A stretch of DNA of 64,000 nt from Dimorphilus gyrociliatus. Its lineage: Eukaryota; Animalia; Annelida. The translations under genes and the position numbers were made by a program. Of this stretch, positions 63,401 to 64,000 are shown piece after piece. The stretch is taken from positions 682,001 through 746,000 of the forward strand of contig CAJFCJ010000015.1 of NCBI GenBank assembly GCA_904063045.1. The letters run 5' to 3'. The number at the start of each line of letters is the position of its first letter. Position 1 is the stretch's first letter. Under the pieces are notes generated by a model. The model worked only from the letters and a program-made list of their open reading frames with translations. It searched no databases and was not told the origin of the DNA.

Positions 63401-64000
63401 TATGTTATCCACTCTAGCTAGCTTGACGCCCTTCTCTGACAATAATCAATCTCCAAGGAACATGTATCAGTGTCAGATGGCTAAGCAAACCTTAGCAACA
63501 CCGGTTCACGCTTATCAATTTCGTTCGGATAATAAATTGTATAAATTGGAGACGGGACAAAGCCCACTTGTTAGACCTTATGCTCATGACCATTATAAAA
63601 TGGATGAATATCCCATGGGAACAAATGCAATTGTTGCTGTTATTTCTTATACAGGCTATGATATGGAGGATGCTATGATCATTAGTAAAAGTGCTGAAGA
63701 GAGAGGCTTCTGTCATGGTACAGTTTATAAGACGGATGTAAGATTTTGTTATACAATGCATGTATATAAATTTATTTTATAGCTATATATCTTTTTTGAT
63801 TTGTCGTCACAGTTTGTCAGCTGTTCTGAAAAATCTGGCAGAGGAAATAGACTAAAGAGTACTGATTTTGTCTTTGGTATTTGTTAAATATTTTTGTTTC
63901 ATTAACGTTAAAGGTTAAATTATTTCCTCTTTTATAACAGGAATTAAACCCAACGATCCGAGAATTGTCGGTAGTAGTTATATGTTGGAAGCAGATGGTT
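60486..64000 (+). CDS. POLR1B: RNA polymerase I second-largest subunit RPA2 (runs off the window end)
   Basis: ATG at 60486 (MSIKDPSLRNL), then IKPHLESFN, VYPSHCRMAGKTYKGKL and IGEIPLMVK. Later motifs: [73 protein letters not shown] and YTGYDMEDAMI. Confidence 0.97.

Overview
This is a eukaryotic window, not a prokaryotic one. It comes from a gene-dense, AT-rich bilaterian invertebrate genome with mostly 55-70 nt GT-AG introns. A compact lophotrochozoan such as a meiofaunal annelid is my inference, not something the sequence proves. I assembled the gene models by eye from the ORF track and splice signals, so individual exon edges may be off. In order, the genes are: the 3' end of a TTBK/CK1-like kinase (+), CFAP36 (-), BLTP1/KIAA1109 (+), MDH1 (-), a THAP + C2H2 zinc-finger gene (+), SMOC-like (-), cyclin O-like (-), a lectin-like/TSP1 membrane protein (+), TTLL5 (-), a short STIP1/Hop (+), a decayed TSP1 paralog (-), an NCAM/FasII-like Ig-CAM (+) with a nested antisense CARD-coiled-coil gene, ACAT1 (-), BRD8 (-) and the 5' part of POLR1B (+). 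Three signals are not visible in the ORF track. (1) MDH1 ends in a leaky-type UGA-CGG stop with an intron 2 nt downstream; splicing plus readthrough would add X-R-V-S-A-N-M, a PTS1-like end. (2) Two miR-92-family hairpins lie antisense in a TTLL5 intron, downstream of a consensus RFX X-box, and one has a 61-nt loop region. (3) TTLL5 contains frame-preserving microexons, one with the UGC signature of eMIC/SRRM-regulated microexons.
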